Below are positions 22,974 through 35,690 of a stretch of DNA of 51,513 nucleotides, piece after piece. The position numbers were made by a program, and so were the translations under genes. The stretch covers positions 43,914,734-43,966,246 of the forward strand of contig NC_068997.1 of NCBI RefSeq assembly GCF_001194135.2, given 5' to 3'. The notes beneath the pieces were generated by a model. That model had not been told where the DNA came from and made no database searches. It saw only the letters and a program-made list of their open reading frames with translations. The DNA comes from Octopus bimaculoides (Eukaryota). Within the stretch, counting starts at the first letter, position 1, and each line of letters starts with the position of its first letter.

Positions 22974-25900
22974 GTTTAGATAAACAAAGTGACCAATGAA
23001 CTTATTTTCATATTTAAGTCTGATATTTATTATATCAGTCTCTTTTGTCAAACTGCTGAGTTACAGGAGTAAACAAACACCAGTCATAAAGCAGTGGAGG
23101 AGGAACAAAGAGAAACATACACACATACACATGGCAGGCTTCTACATAGTTTCTCTCAACCTTGTTTACTCACAAGGCACTGATCAATTTGGGTCATAGT
23201 AGAAGATACTTGCCCAAGGTGCCACATGGTTGGAAAGCAAGTTTTTTAATCACACAGCCATGCATGTGCCTTTATATAAAAGGCACGGGCATGCTATGTG
23301 AAATTTTTTGTTCTCCATGCTATATTAATGAGAAAACGAAATAGAATTTGCATCCATATAATTCCTCTTTCTTAGCCATGTTTTTGGGCAATTTAAAATA
23401 ATTTAAAAGTGTTTAATTTTATTAAACACAACTATTTGTTACTTCAGAAATAATTTAGATGCAATATTATGATAAACAAGCCCCCCCCCTCTTCTCTCAA
23501 AGGTTCTTTGTCTTGCAAGTTACTTGGTGACCTTCCCAACGCTGGTGCCACATGAAAAGCATCCAGTCCACACTGTAAAGTGGCTGGCATTTGGAAGGGC
23601 ATCCAGTTGTAAAAGCCATGCCAAAACTGACCATGCCTGAGCTGATGCCATGTAAAAAGCACTCAGTCCACTCTGTGGGATGGTTGGTGTTAGGAAGGGC
23701 ATTCAACCATAAGAACAGTCAAAACAGACACAGAAGTCTGATGCAGTCTTCTGCCGAGCCAATTCCTGTCAAACTGTCCAACCCACATCAGTATGGAAAG
23801 CAAACATTAAATGATAATGATGATGATTATGATAAACTGCATGTTAACCACAATCACAAAAATAATGATAATAACCTAAGTTTGGCCAAAACCACCAACC
23901 AAAGTTTTAGTCAGTAGCTAAGGTGGACATGATAATTGTGTCAAATATTCTAGTATTGTAGTCGATATTATTATAGTAATATGAAGGTGGCAAGTTCGCA
24001 GAAACATTAGCATGCCAGTTCTAATAAGTACCAGTTACGCACTGGGGTCGATATAATCAACTTAATCCCTTTGTCTGTCCTTGTTTGTCCCCTCTGTGTG
24101 TAGCCCCTTGTGGGCAGTAAAGAAATAAGAAACGTTAGCAAGATGGGCAAAATACTTAGCGGTATTTCGTCTGTCTTTATGTTCTGAGTTCAAATTCTGC
24201 TGAGGTCGACTTTGCCTTTCATCTTTTCAGAGTCGATAAATTAAGTACCAGTTGCATACTGGAGTCAATAATTTAAATACCAGTTGCATACTGGGGTAGA
24301 TCTACTTGATTGCCCCTCCCCCTCCCCAAAAATTTCAGGCCTTATTCCTAGAGTAGAAAAGAATATGAAGGTGCATGGCCTAGTGGTTAAAGTGTTGCAC
24401 TCATAATCATGAGATTGTAATTTCAATTTCTGACCAGGTGGTGTGTTGTGTTCTTGAGTAAAACATTTCATCTTAAATTGCTCTGTGATCACTTTAACAC
24501 CTCAAACGTTGGATACTGTACACCTGTTCAGGCAGTGTTGATTTGATGGAGTGAGTGAGCTAATGCACAGCACATACATTTGATCACTATAATCGGATTA
24601 TTTGTGCAGGTCATTCAGCAAAAAATTGCAGAACTGCCTTTATTGGACTATGAAAGACTACCACCAGTTATCATTATAGTAATACAGCTATTCAGTATTT
24701 TAGTATCTTGTATTAAAGTATATCGTAGTTGAATGGTGCTGAGGTAAATAGTCTCCAACATCAGATTAGTTCCAGAAATTAAATTACTCAAGCTTGATAT
24801 TATTATTATCATCATCATCATCATCATCGTATAATGCCCGCTTTCCATGCTAGCATGGGTTGGACGATTTGACTGAGGACTGGTGAACCAGATGGCTACA
24901 CCAGGTTTACAATCTGATTTGGCAGAGTTTCTACAGCTGGATGCCCTTCCTAACGCCAACCACTCCGAGAGTGTAGTGGGTGCTTTTACGTGTCACCCGC
25001 ACGAAGGCCAGTCAGGCAGTACTGGCAACAGCCACGCTCAAAATGGTGTATTTTATGTGCCACCCACACAAGAGCCAGTCCAGGGGCACTGGCAATGATC
25101 TCGCTCAAAAATCCTTACACATGTCACGGGCACATGTGCCAGAAAGGCGACGCTGGGCACAGGTGCCATTGCCTTTATGTATGTATATTTAAAATGGTTG
25201 ATTTGGATGGGTCCATTGAACAAGGGAGGAAGCATTGAAAAATTGTAAGTGAAACAAAATGGTCAATAATTAAAAATGTTTGAAAAGCACCAGCTTAATC
25301 ATTACTGCATGCTAAATAATGTTCTTTCCATAAACATGTCTGAAAGCGGTAGGGAACTTTATTAGGTTACCATCAGGGATTTCTGCTCTCCTATATAGTC
25401 CCTCACAGTACGAAGTCCAAATTTTGCTGGTATCAGTCAGTCTTTGTCTTTTATACTGGATAAAATAATTTCATTGTTTTTAAAACATGATTATGTTTTG
25501 CAAATCAATTTTGTTGTGTTGTTGTTTGTTTGGCCAATCCACTCCACCTTGTTCATCCCTGGTTGAGCAAAGAGCAGACTGATGATCAAAATCATTTTAG
25601 TGATAGAACCATACTATCTTTTCAGGCCTATATAAGAACTGTGTTACTTAATGTGTCTTTTTGTTGGCAGACTGTGATTTGAGGGAGATTTAACTGTCAT
25701 TTCTAATAGCTTATTTCCTATAGGCTGAACAACCAAGTAGATCATTGGCATGCATTTTTGTTATCTTTGATGTTTGACTATAGGTCAGCCCTGTGACGTA
25801 AAATATTCCAGCCATGACCAATCTGTCTGTTTGCATATTAGAGACTACATTGCGATTATGTAGAAGCTCTGTCATTGGCTGGTGGTGGTGGTGATGATGA

Positions 25901-26161
25901 TGATGATGATGATGAAATTTCTGAGTGTGAAGATTGTTATTGCTGTTGTTATTGTTATTGTTCAGTCCTAGGTCATCTCTGAATGAACAACTCTGTAATT
26001 AAAGACATTCCGCCCATAACCATCTGATCATATTTTTAGATATAATGGATATCTGGATCTACATTAATGTGTCCTTCCTTTTTTAAGATGCTAGATTATT
26101 TTTGAAGGGAAATCTGGCTGCTATTTCTAACAGTTCTAACTGGTCAAGTGACCATATAGAG

Positions 26162-26244
26162 CAGTGGTTCTCAAACTGTTGTCCATGGACCCCTCGTGGT
26201 CTGCAAAGGCAGTACTGGGGATCTGTGAACTAAATTCAAAATTT

Positions 26245-26284
<40 letters not shown>

Positions 26285-26361
26285 AGCATATTAAAAGGGG
26301 CCCATGAAAAAACTCATTTAAATAAAGGGGTCCTTGGAAGTCAAAAGGCTGGAAACCACTG
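26162..26361. mobile_element. hAT (Charlie-type) MITE
   Basis: CAGTGGTTCTCAAAC / GGCTGGAAACCACTG TIRs with 8-bp TSD atatagag (26154-26161, 26362-26369). Confidence 0.9.
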
Positions 26362-26742
26362 ATATAGAGGCTTCTTTGTAGGTTTGTTGTTTTTTGTGGT
26401 GGTTGCTGTTGTGGTAATAGTGATGGTCGTGGTGCTAACAAGGGTTATGTGCTACTGTTATTGTTCATGATGCTGTATTGTTATTGTTGATGAGAATGTT
26501 TTGTTGTTGATCATGGTGATGATGATGTTGTTTAGCCCCAGGTCAACTCTGATTGAGCAAACCTAAAATCAATGTTGTTCCAGCCAGCTTTTCATTTTTT
26601 TTTTACCCTGGCAGTCTTTTCTTTTTTAAAATGGTAGGGTTTGATTTGAGGGAGATGAAGCTCCTATTTCTTGTAGGTTGAGCAACCTTCAGGTTGATGC
26701 TTTTGGTAATTGTGTTGGTGGTGATGGTGATGACATTAATAA

Positions 26743-27238
26743 CACTGTGTAACACGATTTTTCTACTTGGGTAGCAAATATTATTTCCTATTTGCTTGCT
26801 CACTTAACCCTAGAAAGTATGAAAAATGGCGAATATTTTCTTCAAACTTTGCTTTTCTTACATTTATTCAAACCCTAAAGAATCCGTCTCAACACATGGC
26901 TTTGATGCTCCTTCACTACTCCTGCTCATGATCAGAGATGCACATATTGTCAGCAGCCAAGGGACATGCTGAAGTGATTAAGGCCTAGTAACTGACAAGC
27001 AAATCTGTGGTATTGAGCAGAATATTTGCTATAACGATATTTCTGCTTCAGCAACTCAGGGCTGAATCAGTCTGAAATGTAATAGGAAAATAGGTCAGTT
27101 TCAAAACATTGATGTCCAGGTCAGAAAAGCAAAGTTTGAAAGGAATAATAGTAATTTCCTTTGGTTTCTAGGTAGAAGCAGATAGGAAATAACACTTACA
27201 AAGACAAAAAAAAAAAATTAAAATTTTATTACACAATG
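26743..27238. mobile_element. TIR MITE (CACTGTGTAAC ends, TA/AA flanks) containing a family-D segment; second copy 48796-49258, partial 28831-28934
   Basis: Termini cactgtgtaacacgatt / attttattacacaatg|ta. The 26.7 kb and 48.8 kb copies are colinear end to end. Confidence 0.75.
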
Positions 27239-27826
27239 TAATCTGTTAGGTGAGATTAAAAATAATCTGCTATTGATAATCATGTAAACCAATAGTATAT
27301 GTTTCATAATCAGGCCATCAGTGACTAATTGTGCAGCATCATTCTAGGGTCTCACTCTGGTGTACGGAGACTGAATGAACAACCTGGCAGTACTAAAAAA
27401 AATATATGTACCTGTCCACAAGAATGGATGAACTCAACAAGGATTGAACATCCATCCAACCAACCTACAAATGAAATGGGGATTATGTTAAAGTATTTGA
27501 GTCCAGCATTGTTAATTCTCTTGGCTACCCCTGCAGCTGATTGCCCCTAATAGACTTACCAGCCTTGTCTTTTCTCTAATCTGGGAAAACTCGGATAAAA
27601 GAAACCATTTGATAAGTCCAATGACCACTGAGGGTGGCTTAAATTGGTTCTGGTCAATTGCATTGTCAGAAACAAAAGATGTGTACCATATAACGATGAT
27701 GATGATGATGTTGATAGTGATGGTGTTTTAAGTCTAGTGAAAAAAAAAAAATGCTATTTTTATTTCCATTTTCATTTCTTGTCTTTAATTCTCTTAAATT
27801 CATAACTTTTGTTTCTTTCTTTTCAG

Positions 27827-28084
27827 GTTCGCATAAGAACAGGCGGGGAGCCTGTAACCGTACCCTAAGTGGACATTTGTCCCGGGTTGATGAGGAACCA
27901 AGTACTACAGAGCCTTCTAAAGAACAAAGTAGCAGCAGAGTTGAAACTGTTGATCGAGGGGTTGGTCCAACTCCTTTCCCACCACACAATGTTGACCCAA
28001 GAATTCAACATTTCTTTGGTGGAATACCACCTCACCACCAGTTCCTGGATCCAAGGAATGGTCTGCTGGAATCTTCTCCATATG
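27827..28084 (+). CDS. Gli: Gli exon A (phase 1-1): SHKNRR...LSRVDEEPSTT...FLDPRNGLLESSPY
   Basis: Polypyrimidine tract plus tttcag acceptor and a gtttgt donor (weak). LSRVDEEPST and DPRNG match the GLI3 N-terminal motifs LSKVSEEPST and MDPRNG. Confidence 0.85.
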
Positions 28085-28643
28085 GTTTGTATTCTTACAA
28101 CCACTCTTTCTGTGTCTTTTTCTTTTTACCTGTGTGAGATTCGGGGGTTGGCATTTTTTTTCATCCTTAGTTTTTTTTACATGTAAGTAGACACACATAT
28201 ACATACGTTCACACAAAAATGAGTATTAGGTACAGGTGTGGCTTTTTGGTAAGAAGCTTGCTTCCCAACCACATGGTTCCGGGTTCAGTCCCACTATGTC
28301 GCACCTTGGCCAAGTGTCTTCTACTATAGCCTCATGCCAACCAAAGCCTTGTAAGTGGATTTGGTATATGGAAACTGAAAGAAGCCTGTAGTGTGTGTGT
28401 GTCTCTTTGTGTCTGTGTTTGTCCCCTACCACCACATGACAACCTGTGTTGGTTTGTTTACATCCCTATAACTTAGTTTGGCAAAAGGAGACTGATAAAA
28501 TAAGTACCAGGTTTTAACAAAAAAGTACTGGGGTTGATTCATTCAACTAAAAGTTCTTAAAGGCAGTGCCCCAGCATGGCCGTAGTCTAATGACTGAAAC
28601 AGATAATAGAAAAAGATGAAAAAAATAAGGGTACGAATGTATG

Positions 28644-28676
<33 letters not shown>

Positions 28677-29298
28677 TCCTACAACCTGTCTGCCTTTGAT
28701 AGGCTTCTTGCAGTATTTGTCTATAAATTCCACTCACAAAACATTAGTTAGTCCCAAACCATAATATAAGACATCTGCCCACAGTGCCATGTAATGGGAA
28801 GGAGCCCTAGATTACATGACTATGAAGCAGTTTGAAGGGAATAGTAGTGATTTCCTTTGATTTCTAGATAGAAGCAAATAGGTAATAACACTTACTGACC
28901 AAGACAAAAAAAAAAAAAAGATTGTTACACAGTGTAATATCTTGTGAATGAAATTTGGTAGATAGAAACTACATTGAAGCTCTTTGTACACTGTGGATGG
29001 TACAATAAAATAGAATTGCTTGCTAATTGGTGTTGAGTCTATCCCAAGAATTTTGCCCCTCATGGTGACTATTTTGCTTGAAAGAGGATACACATGTATT
29101 TGTGTGCATGTGTACAGCTTTTGCTGATGTACATAGTTGAAGATAGCTAATAAATCAATGTTTGGAGCAAAAAAAAAGTCTTCTGTTTATTCCTTCCAAG
29201 TTGTATACACCAGCAGCTTTGTGACTCACAAATGCAAACTTGGTGGGTGGGGGAAATATAAATCATTAATGTCTCCTTGATTTTCTGCTTTGTTTCAG

Positions 29299-29422
29299 GT
29301 ATTCCTTTTCCTTACGCAAGTCTTCCCATCAACCAGTCGTTGCCCTTGAATACTCACACTTTAGAAGGACGATACCATTGGCCACCACCTCCACCAACAG
29401 CATTTCATCATCCAACACCTGG
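29299..29422 (+). CDS. Gli: Gli exon B (phase 1-2): GIPFPYASLPINQSLPLNTHTLEGRYHWPPPPPTAFHHPTP
   Basis: tttcag acceptor and gtaagg donor. EGRYH matches GLI2/3 HEGRYHY. Not in the ORF track. Confidence 0.9.
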
Positions 29423-30393
29423 GTAAGGCCACACTTCCAGATCTTTTCTTAATCATTAAAAAAAAGAAAATGTATTGCAAATTGCTTCTGTGGGTTTGCA
29501 TAATAACAAGTGTTGACCCAAGTTTTATAGCATTTAACTTAGAACAGTTGAACTTCATCATGCTTAGGACGCTGGACTGTCATAGATAACATTTCTAGTT
29601 GATCTTACAATTTTCCTGAAAGTTGTTCAAACAGGAGAATGGTATACAGAGAACAAATAGTACCTCCGCAGAGAACAAAATGTACCTCAAATACACAATA
29701 AAGTGACACACTGCTGTCAAGTGGTTAGTATGTGATGCACAGAAAACATTAAAAACCATTCTGTATGCACTCATTCATTGTCTGAAAATTGCTGGCTTGT
29801 AAAATTATGTTGACAGCTGTTGTTGGCTATCTGCCAAGTTCATTGTGCGGATTGCTCCACTGCCAGCCTTTGGGCCAAAAAAGGGAGGCAGTTTCCCTTT
29901 ATCTTGTAACTACAGTAAAAGAAATTGCATAGTGGACAAGATTAAAAGGATAGAGGACAGACAATTTAATCTTCTGCCAAGCCCTCATCAACTTTTTGAA
30001 TCTCTACTTGGTGAGGAAAGAATTGTCGCCCACTTGTGAATTCCACTGAGGTTGACTTTACCTTTCAACCTTTTGGGGTCAATAAAATAAATACCAGATA
30101 AGCACTGAGGTTATAATAATCAATTTAACCCTTTCCCCACCAAAGATTTCAGGCCTTGTACCTATAACGGAAAGAATTATTATGTAAGACAGTGAGTGAG
30201 CTGGTAGAATCATTAACATGCCAGACAAAATGTTTAGTCGCATTTTGCCTGTCTTTGTGTTCTGAGTTCAAATTCTACCAAGTTCTACTTTGCCTTTCAT
30301 CCCTTCAGGGTTGATAAAATAAGTACTAGTTGAGAGCTGGGGGTCAATGTTATCAACTTTCCTCCTTCCCTAAATTGCTGGCCTTGTGCCAAA

Positions 30394-30452
<59 letters not shown>

Positions 30453-30742
30453 TGTTATTTTTCTTCAGGTTTTGTTGGAACTCCTGGAGTCTTGCATGTG
30501 TAGCAGGCTTGCTACCTGCAGCCTACGGTACCATGCTATCTGTTCTTTTGAATATCTTCTACCCTTTGTTGCTCATTCTATCTTTTTCTTCATTTTCTTT
30601 TCCTCCTCTTCTTTCTCCTCCTCCCCTTCTCCTTCCTCTTCTGCTTCCTCCTACTTTCTTCTTTCTTCAAACATAATTCAAATAAACTCTCATCAAATCG
30701 ACTGCTAATTCACACCAATTGATTTTCCACCCCATTCCACAG

Positions 30743-30912
30743 ATTATCCAGTAGTCCCTCCCACCCGGAAGTCTCCATATTGAGTATGCGAAGTCCAATA
30801 AACGCAGATGCTGTGCCACACTTTACATCTCGGTTACATTGGGAGCAGTTACAGAGGAATTTGTACCACAACCAACTGGCCTCTCGAAGATGTAGCCCTG
30901 CCTTGTTACCAG
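30743..30912 (+). CDS. Gli: Gli exon C (phase 2-1): LSSSPSHPEVSILSMRSP...HWEQLQRNLYHNQLASRRCSPALLP
   Basis: ccacag acceptor and gtaaaa donor. Phase fits both neighbours; LSSSP matches GLI3 LSSSPTY. Confidence 0.88.
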
Positions 30913-31860
30913 GTAAAATTATTTGGTGTTGTTAGTTTTGTTATTGTTGTTAACCATGATCAAGCATTCCTGTGATTCAAAGGTGTTCCAGCTGTGAGTC
31001 TCATCCATATTTCTTCCAGATATAATGCATCATGGACTAAATTATCCAATATATCCTTTAGCTTAAAAAAAAAAAATAGTAGAATATGATTTGAAAGAGA
31101 CTTGGTTGCTATTTCTAGTAGATCAAACAATCATATAGTTTCCTTTGATTACTCACCTTTGCAGAGGATTTTTTTAATCTTCTTCTTGCTTTTGTTGTTG
31201 TTAGTATTGTTATGGTCACTGAATAGCTACACTCAATCTGCTTGAGTAAATAGTTGGTATCAGTGTAATAGTAGACNNNNNNNNNNNNNNNNNNNNNNNN
31301 NNNNNNNNNNNNNNNNNNNNNNNNNNNNNNNNNNNNNNNNNNNNNNNNNNNNNNNNNNNNNNNNNNNNNNNNNNNNNNNNNNNNNNNNNNNNNNNNNNNN
31401 NNNNNNNNNNNNNNNNNNNNNNNNNNNNNNNNNNNNNNNNNNNNNNNNNNNNNNNNNNNNNNNNNNNNNNNNNNNNNNNNNNNNNNNATATGATTTGAAA
31501 GAGACTTGGTTGCTATTTCTAGTAGATCAAACAATCATATAGTTTCCTTTGATTACTCACCTTTGCAGAGGATTTTTTTAATCTTCTTCTTGCTTTTGTT
31601 GTTGTTAGTATTGTTATGGTCACTGAATAGCTACACTCAATCTGCTTGAGTAAATAGTTGGTATCAGTGTAATAGTAGACATTTAGAAGTAGCACACTCA
31701 GCACTCCTGATTGTAACCTACTGCTGTTGCTGCTGTTGTTGTTGTTGTTGTTGTTGTCCCTCTACCAGCTGAAACACGAGCAGCAAATTTGGAATCCACT
31801 CTGTCTGTAGTGAGACCTGGAAGCAAAACCTCACAACCTTGATATCTGGGTCCAGTCCAC

Positions 31861-31990
31861 ACTTGAGTCAGATAATGCACCCTGATTACCGACCAATCAG
31901 CTTCTAGGAATATCATACTATATCATAGTACGTCATCACTATGCTTTCCATTGTATAAAAGTGAAAACCCACCAGAATCATAGCAGAGAC
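31861..31990 (+). promoter_or_regulatory. Candidate intronic core promoter (AP-1, GATA, CCAAT, CRE-like, TATA)
   Basis: TGAGTCA 31864-31870, AGATAA 31870-31875, CCAATCAG 31893-31900, TACGTCA 31929-31935 and TATAAAA 31954-31960, in canonical order. Motif evidence only. Confidence 0.3.
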
Positions 31991-32289
31991 TGAGAAAGCC
32001 ACTAGAGAATGTATATCTTCATCTCTCATCAAAAGCAAGCCAGAGTGAACCCCTTTGAAGCACAAGCAACTAGCCTTTACAATGTCAAGTTTTCCATTGC
32101 TGAAATTCAGCTTATAGTAAAAAGGAATTTTTGAATAATGATGAACAAACTTTATTCCTACATCTCAAGTAACATTAATCTTTTCTGTTTGAAATTTAAT
32201 TACTGCTAGGTTTGATTCTAGCTTCCCACAATACACTACTGATAAATGCTGGAAAACCTTTATAAATGTGAATATTGTACATTACATCA

Positions 32290-32757
32290 ATAAGAACCTG
32301 TGCCTTACAAAGACAAGACTTTCTTTAAAATCCTTGCTGTACCTAGACGTGCTGTCTTCTGCATGACCTGTTACCTTGCCATCAATTTCTCTTTTATTTT
32401 CACAATCCTCAAAGCTTTCTAAATTGCATCCCAAATGCTCCAATCACTAATGGAATCATTAAAGCCTTCTTCTTCCCCACAATTTCCAACCTCCTCCTTC
32501 AGTGGTTCATACTTCTCCATCTTTATCATGCTCTTTATTTTTCAGTCTGCTGTCTCCTGAGATAGAGATATCGATAATTTGGGCCTCTTTTACTTTCTTG
32601 TTGACAACCACAATGTTTGGCCTTCTTATCTCAATCATTCTATCACAATGAATGGTAAAATCTCACAAAAGCTTAAATTTGTCATTCTCAAACACTTGTT
32701 CAGGTTTCTGCTCATACCATTTAGCTGCTCTGACAAACCTACATTTCTCAGATATCA
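32290..32757 (-). mobile_element. R4/Dong/HERO-type LINE relic, restriction-like endonuclease domain
   Basis: Minus frame ENDKFKLL*DFTIHCDRMIEIRRPNIVVVNKK...IIDISISGDSRLKNKE...EKYEPLKEEVG.LW...IPLVIGAFG...GTARILKKVL. Confidence 0.8.
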
Positions 32758-32894
32758 TTCAATTATTATTATTGAGTGAGAGAGCAGTGCATGCCATCAA
32801 AGTGACACTGGAGTACAAATATACGAAAGCTCAATATACCCATCATGATTACCCATCTGATAAGGGTACACCAGGCACATACATCACAACTATA

Positions 32895-33127
32895 AGGTGG
32901 CGAGCTGGCAGAAACGTTAGCACGCTGGGCAAAATGCTTAATGGTATTTCGTCTGCCGTCACGTTCTGAGTTCAAATTACGCCAAGGTCGACTTTCCCTT
33001 TCATCCTTTCGTGGTCGATAAATTAAGTACCAGTTATGCACTGGGGTCGATGTAATCGACTTAATCCCTTTGTCTGTCTTTGTTTGTCCCTTCTATGTTT
33101 AGCCCCTTGTGGGCAATAAATAGATAA
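32895..33127 (+). mobile_element. tRNA-derived SINE family B, young copy with 15-bp TSD inserted in family D; about 25 copies in the window
   Basis: Head aggtggcgagctggcagaa, B box gagttcaaat, and central ctttcatcctttc.gggtcgataaa.taagtaccag. TSD tacatca[c/g]aactata at 32880-32894 and 33128-33142. Confidence 0.88.
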
Positions 33128-33569
33128 TACATCAGAACTATATGTGCACGACATGGTGATCTCATATCAAGATAAACAGTGCATGACCTTGCAGCAGGTC
33201 GAGTAGCTCATCCTGTTCAAAAGGTCCCTGAATAAGGTTTGTTTAAGAATGATGAGAATGAAACACCCATGTTTCCAGAGGCAAATTATTCAAACCCCAA
33301 ACAATTCTTCTCAACACATGGCTGTGATGCTCCCCCACTACTTTTGCTCATGATCAGAGATGCACATATCATCAGCCATTAAGGGACATGCTCAACTAGT
33401 TAAGATCAAGCAAATCTGTGGTATTGAGCAGAATATTTGTTGTAGCCCAACTTTTATACCAAGACAAAGGATGTATGTGATAACACTTCCAATCAGTTAA
33501 GATCAAAAGCCATGAGATCCACTGCCTAATACTGCATCAGGACATTTATTATTATTTCTCTTTATCATA

Positions 33570-33850
33570 GATTTTGTTGGAGCTCCTGGAGTCTTGCATG
33601 TGTAGTGGGCTTGCTACCTGCAGCCTACGGTACCATGCTATCCATTCTTTTCAACTCCCTAGTACTTTCCTGATTATTCTGGCTGTGCCAAGGAGGCAAA
33701 CCTTTTGTAACAGTTCTACTGGGCACCCTATTCCGATTTCCTTTATATTTCTCTTGATACCTTCTGATACTGTTCCCAAGGACCCAACTATAATTGGCAC
33801 TATTTTCACCTTCTTCATTTTCCATAGCCAGGTTATTTTGTACTTAAGAG
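33570..33850 (-). mobile_element. R4/Dong/HERO-type LINE 3' end; same 3' UTR at 30450-30620 with (TAA)n tail
   Basis: LWKMKKVKIVPIIVGSLGTV...ELLQKVCLLGTARIIRKVLGS*; shared UTR gatagcatggtaccgtaggctgcaggtagcaagc. Confidence 0.85.
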
Positions 33851-34235
33851 GGTTGTATCTTATTATTATCATTATTGTTATTAACATTATTTCTTTGTCA
33901 AGGGTCACTATGCTTAATGGTACAGAGCACTTAGCTGGAATTAGTGAGGTGCAGGGTTTTATTCTCCATAGTAGCTTGCTGGCCACTTTTTAAACAAGGC
34001 AGTGAGCTGGCAGAGTTCTTAGCATATCAGGCAAAATGTTTAGTGGCATTTCATCTGTCTTTATGTCCCGTGTCAAAATCCCGCCAATGTCAAATTTGCT
34101 TTTCAACCTTTTGGGGTTGATGAAATAAGTACCAGTTGAGCACTGGGGTTGATGTCCTCCCTAAATTTGCTGGCCTTGTGCCAAAATTTGAAACCATTAT
34201 TGTTATTATAATGTCTACGATTTATGTCATTGCAG

Positions 34236-34367
34236 GTTTTCCAGTTGGAAGTGCTGGTTCCCTGGTAGATTATCCGTCCCCATTAAGTCTAAGTCAGCGC
34301 AGTATGTTCTCAGAGATCCCACCAACGCCTGGCAGTGGAAGTATCACATTACCAGCATCTCTTGAAA
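34236..34367 (+). CDS. Gli: Gli exon D (phase 1-1): FPVGSAGSLVDYPSPLSLSQRSMFSEIPPTPGSGSITLPASLE
   Basis: ttgcag acceptor and gtaaat donor. Open frame in phase; QRSMFSEI resembles GLI3 QRSPYADI. Confidence 0.85.
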
Positions 34368-35368
34368 GTAAATAATATTTCTTTTTCTTCTTCTTCACAT
34401 CATTCTTCCTTGAACGTAGGTACACCAAATTCATATCCCTTTCTGTAAAAACACAAAAAATAATTACTACAGAAATCAACATGAATTAATTAACAAAAAC
34501 AAAATGTCTTTTAAATAGGTGTAGACATGGCTGTGTGGTTCAGAAGCTCAACATTGCAACTGCTTGGTTTTAGGTTCAGGCCTATTGCACAGCACCTTGG
34601 GCAAATATCTTCAACTAGAGCCCTGGGCCAACTAATACTTTGTGAATAAATATGATAGACAGAAATTGTATGGAAGCCCATTATATAAGTGTGTGTGTGT
34701 GCCTGAGTTTGTACCTTCACCACACCACCACTGCTTAACAACTGGTGTTGGTTTGTTTACAAACCCATAACTTGAAAGTTTGACTAAAGAGACCAACAGA
34801 ATAAGTAGCAGATTTACCGAGGTTAATTTATTTGACTAAACTCTTCGAGTGGTGCCCCAGCATGGCCTTAGTCCAATGATTGGAACAAGTAAAAGATAAA
34901 AGAGCAGCATAATCATAATAATTTTTTTAGAACTCTTTAACAAGTAATTAAATATTATGATAATTAACACAGTAAAATGCATCATTAATATAATTTGTTT
35001 TTTACCTTTATTTTCTCCTCTACTTGTTACATTTTAACCCTTCCTTTCATTAAAAACAAACATTTCCTTAGTTTAGAAATACAAGATCTTAATTCCTATC
35101 TGTTCTGATTTCAAATTCCTCCAAGGTTGACTTTGCCTTTCATCTGCAGGGTTGATAAAATAAGTACCAGTTGGGCACTGGGGTTGATATGATTGATTTA
35201 CCCCTTCCCCTGATATTACTAGCCTTCTGCCAAAATTTGAAACCAATTTCTTTCTATTCTGGTATGAATAGGAATTTAACATTTAATCTTTCAGCTTTCT
35301 CTGTCAAATGTAATGCTTTTTGATTCACATTGATTTGAATTAATCATGCATTACCTTGAAGCTTTAGT

Positions 35369-35690
35369 GAAGGTGCATGGCTTAGTGGTTTAGGGTATTT
35401 AGCTCATCACTGCAAGGTCATGAGTTCGATTTCCAGTGATGCATTGTGTCCTTGAGCAAGATGCTTTATTTCACATTGCTCCAGTACACTCAGCTGACAA
35501 AAGTGAGTTGTACATATATTTCATAGGGCTAGCCTTGTCACACTTTGTGCCACACTGAATCTCCCTGAGAACTATGTTAAGAGTACATCCGTCTGTGGAG
35601 TGCTCAGCCACATGCATGTTAATTTCACAAGCAGGCTGTTCTGTTGATTGTTGGTTATGACGATGAAGGTTCCAGTTGATCCAGAGTGCC
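35369..35690 (+). mobile_element. tRNA-derived SINE family G (Meta/V-domain-like core); relative at 24367-24600 with a different tail
   Basis: Head gaaggtgcatggc[t/c]tagtggtt, B box gagttcgatttc, and core ttgtgtccttgagcaag...ttgctccagtacactcagctg. Confidence 0.65.

Noticed and set aside
31084-31680. Apparently exact 193-bp direct duplication (31084-31276 and 31488-31680)
   Set aside because: The copies sit on either side of an N gap, the typical signature of unmerged contig overlap.
31779-31842. Possible extra Gli exon after a (GTT)n tract (taccag acceptor)
   Set aside because: The phase-1 frame hits a stop, and the only nearby donor is phase 0, incompatible with exon D. No Gli homology.
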